Origin: Alphaproteobacteria bacterium UBA7314
GTDB taxonomy: Bacteria; Pseudomonadota; Alphaproteobacteria; MPNO01; UBA830
Length of the DNA stretch: 64,000 bases
Assembly: GCA_002471575.1 (NCBI GenBank)
Contig: DKQG01000044.1
Span: forward strand, 37,525-101,524
Direction of reading: 5' to 3'
The position numbers and the translations under genes are program-made. Below, piece after piece: positions 40,983 to 50,298 of the stretch. The notes below the pieces were generated by a model. It saw nothing but the letters and a program-made list of their open reading frames with translations, was not told the DNA's origin and made no database searches. The stretch's first letter is position 1; every line of letters begins with the position of its first letter.

Positions 40983-41879
40983 TCAAAGGCCCGCTGCGGC
41001 GCGAAGCTCGCCGGCAAAGACCCGCGCGCCTGAGGATGTGCCGTCGCGGGGCTGCGCTAGGTGGAGATCCCAGACGATACCGGGTGAGAGATCGGCGACC
41101 GGGCGGAATACGACATCGTTAAAGGGCAGGTACTGGGCGCTTTCCTGAACGAATGCATAGCCGAGCCCGGCGTCGATCAGCGAGAGAATTGTTGGCGTGA
41201 GCCGGGCTTCCTGTTCAATTTTCGGACGTGACCCGTTATCCGCAAATGCCTGCATAAGGGCGTCGTAGAGATTCGGGCTGGACTCCCGCGGGAAAAATAC
41301 CGCCGGAAAGGGTGCCAAGTCTTTTATGGTTATCCGCTCACCGCCCGCAAGCAAGTGTGATTTCGGCAAGGCGACAAGTGTTCGGTCGCGGCGAAGCAAT
41401 TCGAAATGCACCTCCGGCGGTCGGGTCGGGGGAGCGTTGGTCAGGGCGAGGTCGAGGCTTCGGTCTGCGACGGCGTCGATAAGGCCGGCGGTCATCCCTT
41501 CGGTCAGGCGTATGTCGACCCCGGCATGCTGGTCGTTGAAATTCCGGATGGCGGCCGGCAATACTCGCAGCAGCCCGGCGGTCACGAACCCGACCGAGAC
41601 CCGTCCGCGAACCTCTCTGTCAGTGCCGCGGGCTTTTGCAACCGCGGTATCGAACTGGGCAATGGCACGACGTGCTTCCTCCACTAGGCCGTCTCCCGCG
41701 GGGGTCAGCCGTGTGCCGCCGCGCTGTGATCGATCGAACAGCTTTACGCCCAAATTGTTCTCAAATCGGCGGATGGACTGGCTAAGCGGTGCCTGACCCA
41801 TGTTCATGCGTTCGGCGGCCCGGCTGAAATTCAGCTCGTCCGCGACGGCCAGAAAATGACGGAAGTGGCGTATTTCCAT
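40983..41879 (-). CDS. LysR-family transcriptional regulator
   Basis: N-terminal HTH (MEIRHFRHFLAVADELNFSRAAERMNMGQAPLSQSIRRFE). Confidence 0.85.
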   Translation of the reverse strand: MEIRHFRHFLAVADELNFSRAAERMNMGQAPLSQSIRRFENNLGVKLFDRSQRGGTRLTPAGDGLVEEARRAIAQFDTAVAKARGTDREVRGRVSVGFVTAGLLRVLPAAIRNFNDQHAGVDIRLTEGMTAGLIDAVADRSLDLALTNAPPTRPPEVHFELLRRDRTLVALPKSHLLAGGERITIKDLAPFPAVFFPRESSPNLYDALMQAFADNGSRPKIEQEARLTPTILSLIDAGLGYAFVQESAQYLPFNDVVFRPVADLSPGIVWDLHLAQPRDGTSSGARVFAGELRAAAGL

Positions 41880-41970
41880 ATCGAAATGATCTCATTTTAT
41901 GTTTATTTAATATTATACCCAGATAGATGGGAATTGCTATGTGTACGGCATTCACTCACGGAGCAAGCAA
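41880..41970. promoter_or_regulatory. AT-rich divergent promoter region between the LysR gene and the TauD/TfdA gene
   Basis: About 90 nt of AT-rich sequence (ATCTCATTTTATGTTTATTTAATATTATA) in an otherwise 60% GC context. A divergent LysR-target arrangement is classic. Confidence 0.5.
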
Positions 41971-42801
41971 ATGCCGCTCGATAATGTCGAGACAAACAGC
42001 GATATCACCGTTACGCCGTGTTCGCCGAATATCGGTGCGGAAATATCGGATATCGACTTGAAAAAACCGCTGTCGAAAGCCGAGGTGGAGGATTTGCGCA
42101 AGGCTTTTACGGATCACCAAGTGATTTTCTTCCGAAATCAGGAAATCAGCTTCGAAGATCACGTCCGGCTGGCGGAATATTTCGGTCCGCTCGGCGCCCA
42201 CGTTGGCAAGAAAACTATCAGCCAGACGACGTACGATCCGCGCGTCCGCAAGTTTCATTATGACGAAAATACGCCGCGAGTTTCCGGCGATGTCTGGCAT
42301 ACCGATCAGTCCTGCGCCGAGGTCCCTCCGCTCGGCAGCATGCTCTACAATCACACGCTGCCGCCAAATGGCGGGGGCGACACCCTGTTTGCCAGCATGT
42401 ACGCGGCTTATGAAAACCTGTCGGACAGGATGAAGGTCTATCTCGACGGATTGACGGCGTTGCACGACGGCGTGCCGACTTTCGGTGAAGGAACACCTAA
42501 GGCGGTTCACCCGGTTGTCGTGCGGCACCCAGAAAGCGGGCGAAAGCTACTGTACGTGAACAAAGTCTTCACCATGCGCATCAACGAACTGTCGGAGCAG
42601 GAAAGCGAGGCCGTGCTGAATTTCCTATTCGATCACTGCGCCCGCCCGGAGTGGAGTTACCGTTTTCGCTGGACGCCGCACTCGATAGCGCTCTGGGATA
42701 ACCGCTGCACCCACCACATGGCTATATCGGATTACTGGCCCGAGGTGCGGTCGGGTTACCGGGTTCAGATTGACGGAATCACGTCACCTGTGGCCGCTTG
42801 A
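41971..42801 (+). CDS. TauD/TfdA-family Fe(II)/2-oxoglutarate dioxygenase (second copy)
   Basis: WHTDQS and CTHHMA motifs. Lies divergent from the LysR gene. Confidence 0.8.
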   Translation: MPLDNVETNSDITVTPCSPNIGAEISDIDLKKPLSKAEVEDLRKAFTDHQVIFFRNQEISFEDHVRLAEYFGPLGAHVGKKTISQTTYDPRVRKFHYDENTPRVSGDVWHTDQSCAEVPPLGSMLYNHTLPPNGGGDTLFASMYAAYENLSDRMKVYLDGLTALHDGVPTFGEGTPKAVHPVVVRHPESGRKLLYVNKVFTMRINELSEQESEAVLNFLFDHCARPEWSYRFRWTPHSIALWDNRCTHHMAISDYWPEVRSGYRVQIDGITSPVAA

Positions 42802-42805
42802 CGCG

Positions 42806-43573
42806 TCACTGCATCACCGACGGGCCGTCCATGTTACCGGCCGTTCCGCTTTCCGGAAGAATGCCTAGCCGCCGGGCGACTTCTTGGTAGGCTTCCTCGA
42901 CGCTGCCCAGATCGCGGCGGAATCTGTCCTTGTCCATGATTTCGTTTGTCGAAACGTCCCACAGGCGGCAGTTGTCTGGGCTGATTTCGTCGGCGAGCAC
43001 AACGCGGACTTCTTCGTTATTCCACCAACGCCCGAATTCTAGCTTGAAATCGACGAGCCGGATTCCGATCGCCAGGAACAGCCCGGAGAGAAAATCGTTC
43101 ACCCGCAGTGACATGTGCATGATCTCGTCCAATTCTTGGGGCGACGCCCATCCGAACGCCGTGATGTGTTCTTCGGAGATCATGGGGTCGTTGAGCTCGT
43201 CAGACTTGTAATAATACTCGACGATGGACCGGGGCAGAGGCGTACCTTCTTCCATGCCGAAACGTTTGGTCAGAGAACCGGCCGCGACGTTCCGGATGAC
43301 GATCTCGACCGGGATTATCTCGACCTCGCGGACCAGTTGCTCCCGCATATTTAGACGGCGGACGAAATGCGTCGGAATGCTGATCTCGCTCAGCTTGATC
43401 ATTAGATATTCAGAAATCCGGTTGTTGAGAACGCCCTTGCCCGTGATCACGCCCTGCTTCTTGTTGTTGAAGGCTGTCGCATCGTCCTTGAAATACTGGA
43501 CTAGGGTACCCGGCTCCGGCCCTTCGAAAAGGATCTTAGCCTTGCCTTCGTAGATACGTCTGCGGCGAGCCAT
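42806..43573 (-). CDS. purC: phosphoribosylaminoimidazole-succinocarboxamide synthase
   Basis: N-terminus [34 protein letters not shown] matches SAICAR synthetase. Confidence 0.85.
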   Translation of the reverse strand: MARRRRIYEGKAKILFEGPEPGTLVQYFKDDATAFNNKKQGVITGKGVLNNRISEYLMIKLSEISIPTHFVRRLNMREQLVREVEIIPVEIVIRNVAAGSLTKRFGMEEGTPLPRSIVEYYYKSDELNDPMISEEHITAFGWASPQELDEIMHMSLRVNDFLSGLFLAIGIRLVDFKLEFGRWWNNEEVRVVLADEISPDNCRLWDVSTNEIMDKDRFRRDLGSVEEAYQEVARRLGILPESGTAGNMDGPSVMQ

Positions 43574-43723
43574 TCTGTGCCTCGGATCTCCGGAAACCTG
43601 CGCGCGTGCCTTGCGCGATTGTTATCCAGATATAGCGAATTCGCGGAGGCGGTCAATGGCGCTTACGGGCTATCGGGCGGGGAAATTCCCGAGAGAATAC
43701 GAGGGCCCGATCCTGCACCCTTA

Positions 43724-44479
43724 TCATTCAATTGGCTCGTAGGGAGCGTTGCCCGGCGCTCCGTTTGCGAAAAGCCAGACCGGTTTGCGGTGTTTGAAAT
43801 TTACAGATGGCAGGGCGACAAGCGCGCTGGACAGCGTACCGAACCCGATGTCGGTCTCGATCCGCATGGCATCCCGTGAGTCAGTGCCGGGACCGTGTTC
43901 CGTCGATGCCAGAAGGCTTTGCCAGCCTGTCCAGTCTCCTAAATCCACGTCCGGTTCGGGCGCGGCTTCGAACCGGGGCTTGAAGAAGTCGACCCGGCCG
44001 GAGGCTGTATCATTAAGATCGAAAGCGGTCAGCATCGACAGCCCCTCGGGGACTTCAGTGACCTTGATAAGGCCATTATCGTCAGCGCCGAGACTGCGGA
44101 GCCAAAATGCATCCCGATTGTCGGCGATCACTAGATTGAATGACCGGTAGCTGCGTCCATCGAGACCCGCCAGTGCCTCGGCGGCATCGACGGCGTCAGC
44201 ATGATCCAGAGCTTCCAGCACGATTTCGCCGCGCGAGCGCAATGTCGGATCGGGGCCGAGTGAATCTTGGCGATTGAGAATGCAGGCGGTGACGCCCTCG
44301 TCGTTAAGCCCCATCCAGGTGCCGCCCGCCAGCCGGTCTATACCTGCTACGACGTTTTCGCGATCGCGCCAGTGTCGCGCGGGCGGGTCCCAGGGCCGTC
44401 CCGCCATTTCGTCACGGTTTGCAGCAACGAGGAGGGGCCAGTCATGATCTGGCCGTCGCAGAATGATTAGGGTGCACAC
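43724..44479 (-). CDS. NRDE-family (TANGO2/DUF833-like) protein
   Basis: Contains a literal NRDE motif (LVAANRDEM). The start is proposed at GTG, giving fMet-Cys-Thr (VCTLIIL), which fits the N-terminal Cys of this family. Confidence 0.55.
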   Translation of the reverse strand: MCTLIILRRPDHDWPLLVAANRDEMAGRPWDPPARHWRDRENVVAGIDRLAGGTWMGLNDEGVTACILNRQDSLGPDPTLRSRGEIVLEALDHADAVDAAEALAGLDGRSYRSFNLVIADNRDAFWLRSLGADDNGLIKVTEVPEGLSMLTAFDLNDTASGRVDFFKPRFEAAPEPDVDLGDWTGWQSLLASTEHGPGTDSRDAMRIETDIGFGTLSSALVALPSVNFKHRKPVWLFANGAPGNAPYEPIE

Positions 44480-44574
44480 CGGGTGTCGATAGCAGTTTCG
44501 AGTGGTCGCGGCCATACTCATAATCTGACGACTTGACATCACGCGAATGTGCGCCGGTCGAGAGTTAATCAGCT

Positions 44575-44925
44575 TTGAGATACATCAGGAAGGCGCTGAT
44601 ATCTGGATTTGACGACCACGAGAAAAGTTTCGAGGCGAAATACAAGCGTGATCAGGAAACACTGTTCTGCATTATCTCGCGTCGCGACCGGCTGGCAGTG
44701 CTTAGGGCGGCGGAACAGTTTGGCATGCCGGATAATCAGGCACTGGACTATGCGAAAGAGGTCGTACTGTCGGATTTCAAGGGGCCGGGCGATGACGATG
44801 TCGTCCGCAAAGTGCTGGGCGACTTCGAGAGCAACGGTATCGACATGGACGAGCAGAGATTGCGCAAAGAAATGATCCGCCTGATGGACGAAGCCGGACG
44901 GCAGAACAAGGCCGAAAACAGCTAG
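44575..44925 (+). CDS. DUF1476 protein, homologue of the alphaproteobacterial F1Fo-ATPase inhibitor zeta subunit
   Basis: ...GFDDHEKSFEAKYKRDQETLF...SDFKGPGDDDVVRKVLGDFE... resembles the Paracoccus zeta subunit by recall. Confidence 0.6.
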   Translation: MRYIRKALISGFDDHEKSFEAKYKRDQETLFCIISRRDRLAVLRAAEQFGMPDNQALDYAKEVVLSDFKGPGDDDVVRKVLGDFESNGIDMDEQRLRKEMIRLMDEAGRQNKAENS

Positions 44926-44946
44926 GTGAATTCCAGCTCGCGCATA

Positions 44947-46242
44947 TCAGCCGAAAACCCGCTTGAAAATCGTATCGACGTTCTTGGTGTGATATGCGAG
45001 GTCGAACATTTCTTCGAGTGCCGCATCGTCGACCAGCGAGGATACATCCGCGTCGGCTTTTAAGAGGTCTAGAAACGATTTTCCCTCGGACCAAGACTCC
45101 ATCGCATTGCGCTGAACCGCGGCATACGCGTCTTCGCGGCTCATCCCCGCTTGGGTTAGGGCCAGCAAAACACGTTGCGAAAATACCAGGCCGCCCAACG
45201 CATCCAGGTTCGACTGCATTTGCTCGGGATATACGACCAGTTTTTCGACAACTCCCGTCAGTCGGTCGAGCAGGAAATCCAGCGTAATCGTGGCGTCCGG
45301 TCCGATCATGCGCTCGACCGATGAGTGCGATATATCCCGTTCGTGCCACAGCGCTACGTTTTCCATTGCCGGGATGCAGTGCGACCGCACCAGCCGGGCA
45401 AGTCCGGTAATATTTTCGGTCAGCACCGGGTTGCGCTTGTGCGGCATCGCCGACGAGCCCTTTTGACCTGGCGAAAAATATTCCTCCGCCTCACGCAGTT
45501 CGGTCCGCTGCAGGTGACGGATCTCCACGGCCAGCCGCTCGGCGGAGGATGCGATTACGGCAAGAACCGAAAAATACATTGCGTGTCGGTCGCGGGGGAT
45601 CACCTGTGTCGAGACCGTTTCCGGCTTCAGCCCCAAAGATTTGGCGACATGTTGTTCAACCGCCGGATCGATATTGGCGAACGTGCCCACAGCGCCGGAG
45701 ATCGCACAGGTCGCAATTTCGGCGCGAGCCGCTTCTAGCCGTTCGCGGTTTCGGGCGAATTCCGCATAATGACTGGCTAGCTTGACTCCGAATGTCGTCG
45801 GCTCCGCATGAATGGCGTGGCTTCGCCCGATGGTGGGCGTAAGCTTGTGCTCTGCGGCACGGGACTTAAGCGCGGCAAGCAACTTGTCGATATCCTCCAG
45901 CAGGATATCAGTCGCCTGCATCAACTGGACGGCGAGGCAGGTGTCGAGCACGTCGGACGATGTCATGCCCTGATGGACGAAACGTGCCTCGTCGCCGACG
46001 TGTTCTGCGAGATTGGTCAAAAACGCGATGACGTCGTGCTTGGTTTCGTGTTCGATCTCGTCGATCCGATCAATCTCGAAGGTCCCGCGATCCCAGACCG
46101 CTTTAGCCGCCTCCTTTGGGATGACGCCCAGTTCGGCCTGCGCATCGCAGGCATGTGCCTCTATTTCGAACCAGATACGGAACTTGTTCTCCGGCTCCCA
46201 GATCGCCGTCATCGGGGCGCGAGAATATCTTGGAATAGCCAT
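44947..46242 (-). CDS. purB: adenylosuccinate lyase
   Basis: 431 aa with fumarase/ASL-family signatures (GSSAMPHKRNP). Confidence 0.9.
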   Translation of the reverse strand: MAIPRYSRAPMTAIWEPENKFRIWFEIEAHACDAQAELGVIPKEAAKAVWDRGTFEIDRIDEIEHETKHDVIAFLTNLAEHVGDEARFVHQGMTSSDVLDTCLAVQLMQATDILLEDIDKLLAALKSRAAEHKLTPTIGRSHAIHAEPTTFGVKLASHYAEFARNRERLEAARAEIATCAISGAVGTFANIDPAVEQHVAKSLGLKPETVSTQVIPRDRHAMYFSVLAVIASSAERLAVEIRHLQRTELREAEEYFSPGQKGSSAMPHKRNPVLTENITGLARLVRSHCIPAMENVALWHERDISHSSVERMIGPDATITLDFLLDRLTGVVEKLVVYPEQMQSNLDALGGLVFSQRVLLALTQAGMSREDAYAAVQRNAMESWSEGKSFLDLLKADADVSSLVDDAALEEMFDLAYHTKNVDTIFKRVFG

Positions 46243-46257
46243 AAAACGGGTTTATCA

Positions 46258-46460
46258 GAATCGCCGGATCTCAGGAAGGGATCGCCGCTAAATCGTCTGG
46301 TAATTGCGGACGGCGATCCAATAGGTCATGAAACCGAAGATCGCCCCGAACAGCACCCCGCTGGCCATAGCGGTCTAGGATCCGTCCGGGAGGGCGACGA
46401 CAATCCCCGTCATTACGCCGATCAGTTGCTGGATGAAGCCGACGAACGATGACCCGGCGA
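46258..46460 (-). pseudogene. remnant of the 3' end of an MFS-transporter gene (TM11-12-like), with an internal stop
   Basis: The minus-strand translation PAAALAGSSFVGFIQQLIGVMTGIVVALPDGS*TAMASGVLFGAIFGFMTYWIAVRNYQTI* parallels the C-terminal two helices of the adjacent intact MFS gene. It lies in a different frame and overlaps that gene's last 17 codons. Confidence 0.4.
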
Positions 46461-47645
46461 GTGCCGCAGCGGGCGGACAAGGACTAGATACAGGATCAAC
46501 GTTGAAAACGTGCAAGTGCATATCACTATTGCCATGGGCAGCGGCGTTCCGTCATTCATAAGGCCGATCACGGTTGTCGCGGCGGCGGCGGTCAGAAACT
46601 GAACAAATCCGAGCAGCGACGATGCCGCGCCCGCGATTTGGGCGAAGGGGGACATCGCACCTGCTGTTGTCCCCGGAACGATGAAAGCGAGGGATACGAG
46701 TAACAGCACGACCGGCCCCATCAGCGTGTAAACCGTGATTTTGCCCGACAAAACAAAGGCAAGCATTACGATTCCTGCGATTGTCGCCAGGATGGCACCG
46801 TTGCGGATCATACCGTCGATACCCACTTGGTGCGCGACGCGTGCGACCACGACCTGGGCGATAATGTAACTGACCATCGGGACCGCCATCGCGATCCCGA
46901 ATTCCAGCGGCGACAGTCCGAGATACTGGATAAGGCCGACCGGTGCGCCGGCGAAATACGCCATAAGCGCTCCGTACATGAAACTGCCGCAAACGCCATA
47001 ACAAAGGAAAGATCGAACGCCGAACACCTGCCGGTAGTTCGCAGCGATCGTCCTCGGGTGAAGTGATTGTTTTTCGGTGCTGGTGTTGGTTTCCGCAAGT
47101 CCGAGCAATATCGCCAGTCCCGAGAACACAGCGAAACCGGCCATTGTCAAGAACACCGATTGCCAGCCATATGCAACGGATAGCCATCCACTGAGCCCGG
47201 GTGCAATGGTGGGCATGATGCCGTGAATGCCCATCATCAGGGCAAACAGCCGGGCGCCTGCCTCGCGGTCGAACAAATCGCGGATTACGGCCCGGGCGAC
47301 GATGACGCCGGAACATGCGAAGAAGCCCTGCAGGAAACGCAGGCCGATTAACGCCTCGATTGTGGGGGCGTTGGCGCAGGCGAGGGCGGTCGCCGCATAT
47401 GACGCGATACCAAGCAGGATTACGGGTTTTCTCCCAAACCTATCAGATAGTGGCCCATAGATCAGCTGCCCTACGGCGATCCCAAGCACCATCGCGCTCA
47501 GACTGAACTGGACAGACGCGGTTTCTGTAATGAAATGGCCTGCGATCTCTGGGACGAGCGGGACTGATGCGTCTACCGATAAGGGTAACAGCATTGGCAA
47601 CAGGCCTAGAAGGGCCGCCAGAAGCGCATACCGACTTCGGCTCAT
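46422..47645 (-). CDS. MFS transporter (Bcr/CflA drug-resistance-type)
   Basis: 12 TM helices and a GPLSDRFGRKP motif. Its ATG overlaps the TGA of the upstream MarR gene (ATGA), which suggests an operon. Confidence 0.8.
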   Translation of the reverse strand: MSRSRYALLAALLGLLPMLLPLSVDASVPLVPEIAGHFITETASVQFSLSAMVLGIAVGQLIYGPLSDRFGRKPVILLGIASYAATALACANAPTIEALIGLRFLQGFFACSGVIVARAVIRDLFDREAGARLFALMMGIHGIMPTIAPGLSGWLSVAYGWQSVFLTMAGFAVFSGLAILLGLAETNTSTEKQSLHPRTIAANYRQVFGVRSFLCYGVCGSFMYGALMAYFAGAPVGLIQYLGLSPLEFGIAMAVPMVSYIIAQVVVARVAHQVGIDGMIRNGAILATIAGIVMLAFVLSGKITVYTLMGPVVLLLVSLAFIVPGTTAGAMSPFAQIAGAASSLLGFVQFLTAAAATTVIGLMNDGTPLPMAIVICTCTFSTLILYLVLVRPLRHSPGHRSSASSSN

Positions 47646-48154
47646 ATCAGACGTGACGGAAATCGCTGTTTCGAACGACCGGTCCTAGGTTCAGTTTTCA
47701 GGGTCAATTTCGAGGGTCCGGTGATGTTGTTTCGAACGCGCTTGATCATGTTCTTGAAATGGGTCTCTTCCTGGTCGGACAGCGGATTCAAGCACTGGCG
47801 GTTGACGGCTTCCGCCTCGGGAATGGCCTTGCGGTATACCTTCCGCCCGTCTGCCGTCAGGTACACATTGATTTTGCGGGCGTCCTTCTTGTTTGCCTCG
47901 CGGCGCGCGAGGCTACGTTCCTCGAACTTGTTGAGGGCTGCAACCGTGGTTGGTCCTTTCATCCCCACTTTTTCGGACAGTTCGCGCTGCGTCAGACCAT
48001 CCCGTTCCGACAACGCCCGAAGCAACGGCCAAAGGCCGAGTGACACGCTGTGCTGGGCAATTCGGTCGGAAAAATCCGTATTAATGGTGAGGTTGGCATC
48101 CCAGACCGGGCAACCCACGGTGTCTTCGGGGTCGAAATAGTCGTTGGTATTCAT
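47642..48154 (-). CDS. MarR-family transcriptional regulator
   Basis: Has a winged-helix region (LTQRELSEKVGMKGPTTVAALNKFEERSLARRE...DARKINVYLTADG). Confidence 0.75.
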   Translation of the reverse strand: MNTNDYFDPEDTVGCPVWDANLTINTDFSDRIAQHSVSLGLWPLLRALSERDGLTQRELSEKVGMKGPTTVAALNKFEERSLARREANKKDARKINVYLTADGRKVYRKAIPEAEAVNRQCLNPLSDQEETHFKNMIKRVRNNITGPSKLTLKTEPRTGRSKQRFPSRLI

Positions 48155-48295
48155 GCGCCGGATGTACACGCCATGTTGGTGACGGGCAAGTTCCCCTAGG
48201 TTGACAGAACCAAACCGTAGCGGGACACTTTTTTAGCTACCTAATAAACTCTCAAAGCCAGCGAGAATAAACGCTTAAAGTCAGGAAAAGAAAGT
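48155..48295. promoter_or_regulatory. divergent intergenic region between the MarR-MFS operon and the crotonase-hydrolase operon
   Basis: A 140-nt gap between divergently oriented starts, containing TTGACAGAACC.. and TAATAAACT.. elements. Confidence 0.4.
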
Positions 48296-49135
48296 GTGAC
48301 GGACACGGAATATTCATACGACTATGAAACGCTTCTCGTCGGGTTTGACGAGGGTGTGTGCGTGCTGACGCTGAACCGACCTGACAAACGTAACGCGATG
48401 AATCCGATCCTCGGCGAGGAAATTACGGACGCACTGGAACATCTGCGCAACGACGACCGGTGCCGAGTGCTGGTGATCACAGGTGCCGGAGATTCATTCT
48501 GCGCCGGGATGGATCTCAAAGAATTCTTCATGGAGCTACAGGATAAGCCGTCCGAATACGACCGGGCGCATCGGGTCGCCGTCGAATGGCGGGGGCGAAC
48601 ACTGCGTCTGTTTCCAAAACCCACGATTGCAATGGTGAACGGCCATTGCTTTGGCGGCGCATTCACGATTGTCGAGGGGTGCGATCTTGCCGTGGCGGCC
48701 GAAGACGCCAAAATGGGGTTGAGCGAGATTAATTTTAAAATGTTTCCGGGCGGTAGTGTGGGCAAGTCGATGGGAAATCTGCTGCGACCCAGGGATTACA
48801 TGCTTTACGCCCTGACCGGCCGTCCCATGAGCGGGCAGATAGCCGCCGATATCGGGTTTATCAACTACGCCGTACCCCGGGCTGAGTTACGCGACGATGT
48901 GATGGCGTTGGCGCATGAGATTGCGGCAAAGGACCCGTCCGCCCTTCAGGCCACGCGGGAAATTTATAAGAATTCGCTCGACATGAATTGGGATACGGCG
49001 ATGGATTACGCGGCCGCGCTCCAATCCGCCCATACCGCTCGGCAGGCGAATGCGTTCCGCGAAGAGGGAATTGGCGATTTCCTCGACAAGAAATACAAGC
49101 CCGGCCTCGGCGGGCACGAAGATGCAAAAGAATGA
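48296..49135 (+). CDS. enoyl-CoA hydratase/isomerase-family protein, most similar by recall to hydroxycinnamoyl-CoA hydratase-lyase (HCHL/feruloyl-CoA hydratase-lyase)
   Basis: Has a crotonase fold (RPDKRNAMNP, AGMDLKEFF, KPTIAMVNGHCFGG, LSEINFKMFPGG) and a C-terminal FLDKKYKPGLG resembling the HCHL tail. Confidence 0.7.
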   Translation: MTDTEYSYDYETLLVGFDEGVCVLTLNRPDKRNAMNPILGEEITDALEHLRNDDRCRVLVITGAGDSFCAGMDLKEFFMELQDKPSEYDRAHRVAVEWRGRTLRLFPKPTIAMVNGHCFGGAFTIVEGCDLAVAAEDAKMGLSEINFKMFPGGSVGKSMGNLLRPRDYMLYALTGRPMSGQIAADIGFINYAVPRAELRDDVMALAHEIAAKDPSALQATREIYKNSLDMNWDTAMDYAAALQSAHTARQANAFREEGIGDFLDKKYKPGLGGHEDAKE

Positions 49136-49935
49136 CGGAGTTAGACGACATGGCTGACTGCATAGAATCCAAAATCGATATTCGGGGAACAGGTCTTCAC
49201 CTGCGCCGGGGCGGATCGGGGGAACCGATGCTGTTCCTCCACGGCGCCAGCGGCGTGGCGGGATGGATACCGACCTTTCAGGCGCTGTCGGAATCGCACG
49301 ACCTGATGGTGCCCGACCATCCCACCTACGGCCTGTCAGACGAACCCGACTGGCTGGACAACATGGACGACCTAGCCATGTTTTATCTCGATTTTCTCGA
49401 CCAGATGGACCTCGAAGGCGTGCACCTCGTCGGCAATTCGCTGGGCGGCTGGCTGGCGATGGAAATCGCCGTGCGCAACTGCACCCGGCTAAAAAGCCTG
49501 ACCTTGGTCGGGGCGGCGGGTATCCGGATCGCCGGCAAGCCGATTGCCGATATTTTCATGATGGATCCCGACGATCTGGTGCGCGAAATCTTCGTGGACC
49601 AGAGCTTTGCGGACAACATCCTGAACATGGAACTGACCGAAGAGCAGGTTGATGTTCAGATCCGCAATCGCGTCGCGACGGCGCGGCTTGGCTGGCAGCC
49701 AAGGCTTTTCAACCCGAATTTGCGCAAGTGGCTACACCGTATTTCGTTGCCGACACATGTGATCTGGGGCGATACCGACAAGATTGTCGATCCGGCCTAT
49801 GCCGATGAATTCGGTCGCGTTATCGCGGGATCGGCGGTGACTATGATCGAAAAGGCCGGACACCTGCCGCATATCGAGAAGCCAGAGGCTTTCGTCGAAG
49901 CAGTGTTCGGGTTTATTCAGGCGAAAGCCGCCTAG
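49132..49935 (+). CDS. alpha/beta hydrolase (meta-cleavage-product-hydrolase-like)
   Basis: GNSLGG nucleophile elbow. Its ATGA start overlaps the upstream stop. Confidence 0.75.
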   Translation: MTELDDMADCIESKIDIRGTGLHLRRGGSGEPMLFLHGASGVAGWIPTFQALSESHDLMVPDHPTYGLSDEPDWLDNMDDLAMFYLDFLDQMDLEGVHLVGNSLGGWLAMEIAVRNCTRLKSLTLVGAAGIRIAGKPIADIFMMDPDDLVREIFVDQSFADNILNMELTEEQVDVQIRNRVATARLGWQPRLFNPNLRKWLHRISLPTHVIWGDTDKIVDPAYADEFGRVIAGSAVTMIEKAGHLPHIEKPEAFVEAVFGFIQAKAA

Positions 49936-49968
49936 TGGGACTTAACCCCTCAGACGGGGAGCGATGAT

Positions 49969-50298
49969 TTGAAGGTTTTCATGTTCCATCTGATGCCTTG
50001 TGCGGCGTTGAACATGAAAGAACGCGACCGTCATCCGTCAGCCCGGGTGACCCTGCCTAATTCGTTGTATGAGCCGAAGGTCGGCCACGAGGTTTACAAC
50101 CGATACTTGGACGAACTGGAACTTGCGGCGGAAATGGGTTTAGACGGCGTCGCCGTCAACGAGCATCATCAGAACGCTTACGGATTGATGCCGTCGCCGG
50201 TTGTCGTGGCGTCGTCGCTGGCGCGCCGCACCGAACACTGCAAGCTAGCGATCCTCGGCAATGCGTATGCTCTGCACGAATATCCGCTGACCCGCTAG
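49969..50298 (+). pseudogene. N-terminal 109-codon fragment of an LLM-class (luciferase-like) flavin-dependent monooxygenase
   Basis: MKVFMFHLMP...YLDELELAAEMGLDGVAVNEHHQNAYG...LAILGNAYALHEYPLTR* has the LLM N-terminal pattern and is truncated at about one third of normal length. Confidence 0.55.
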
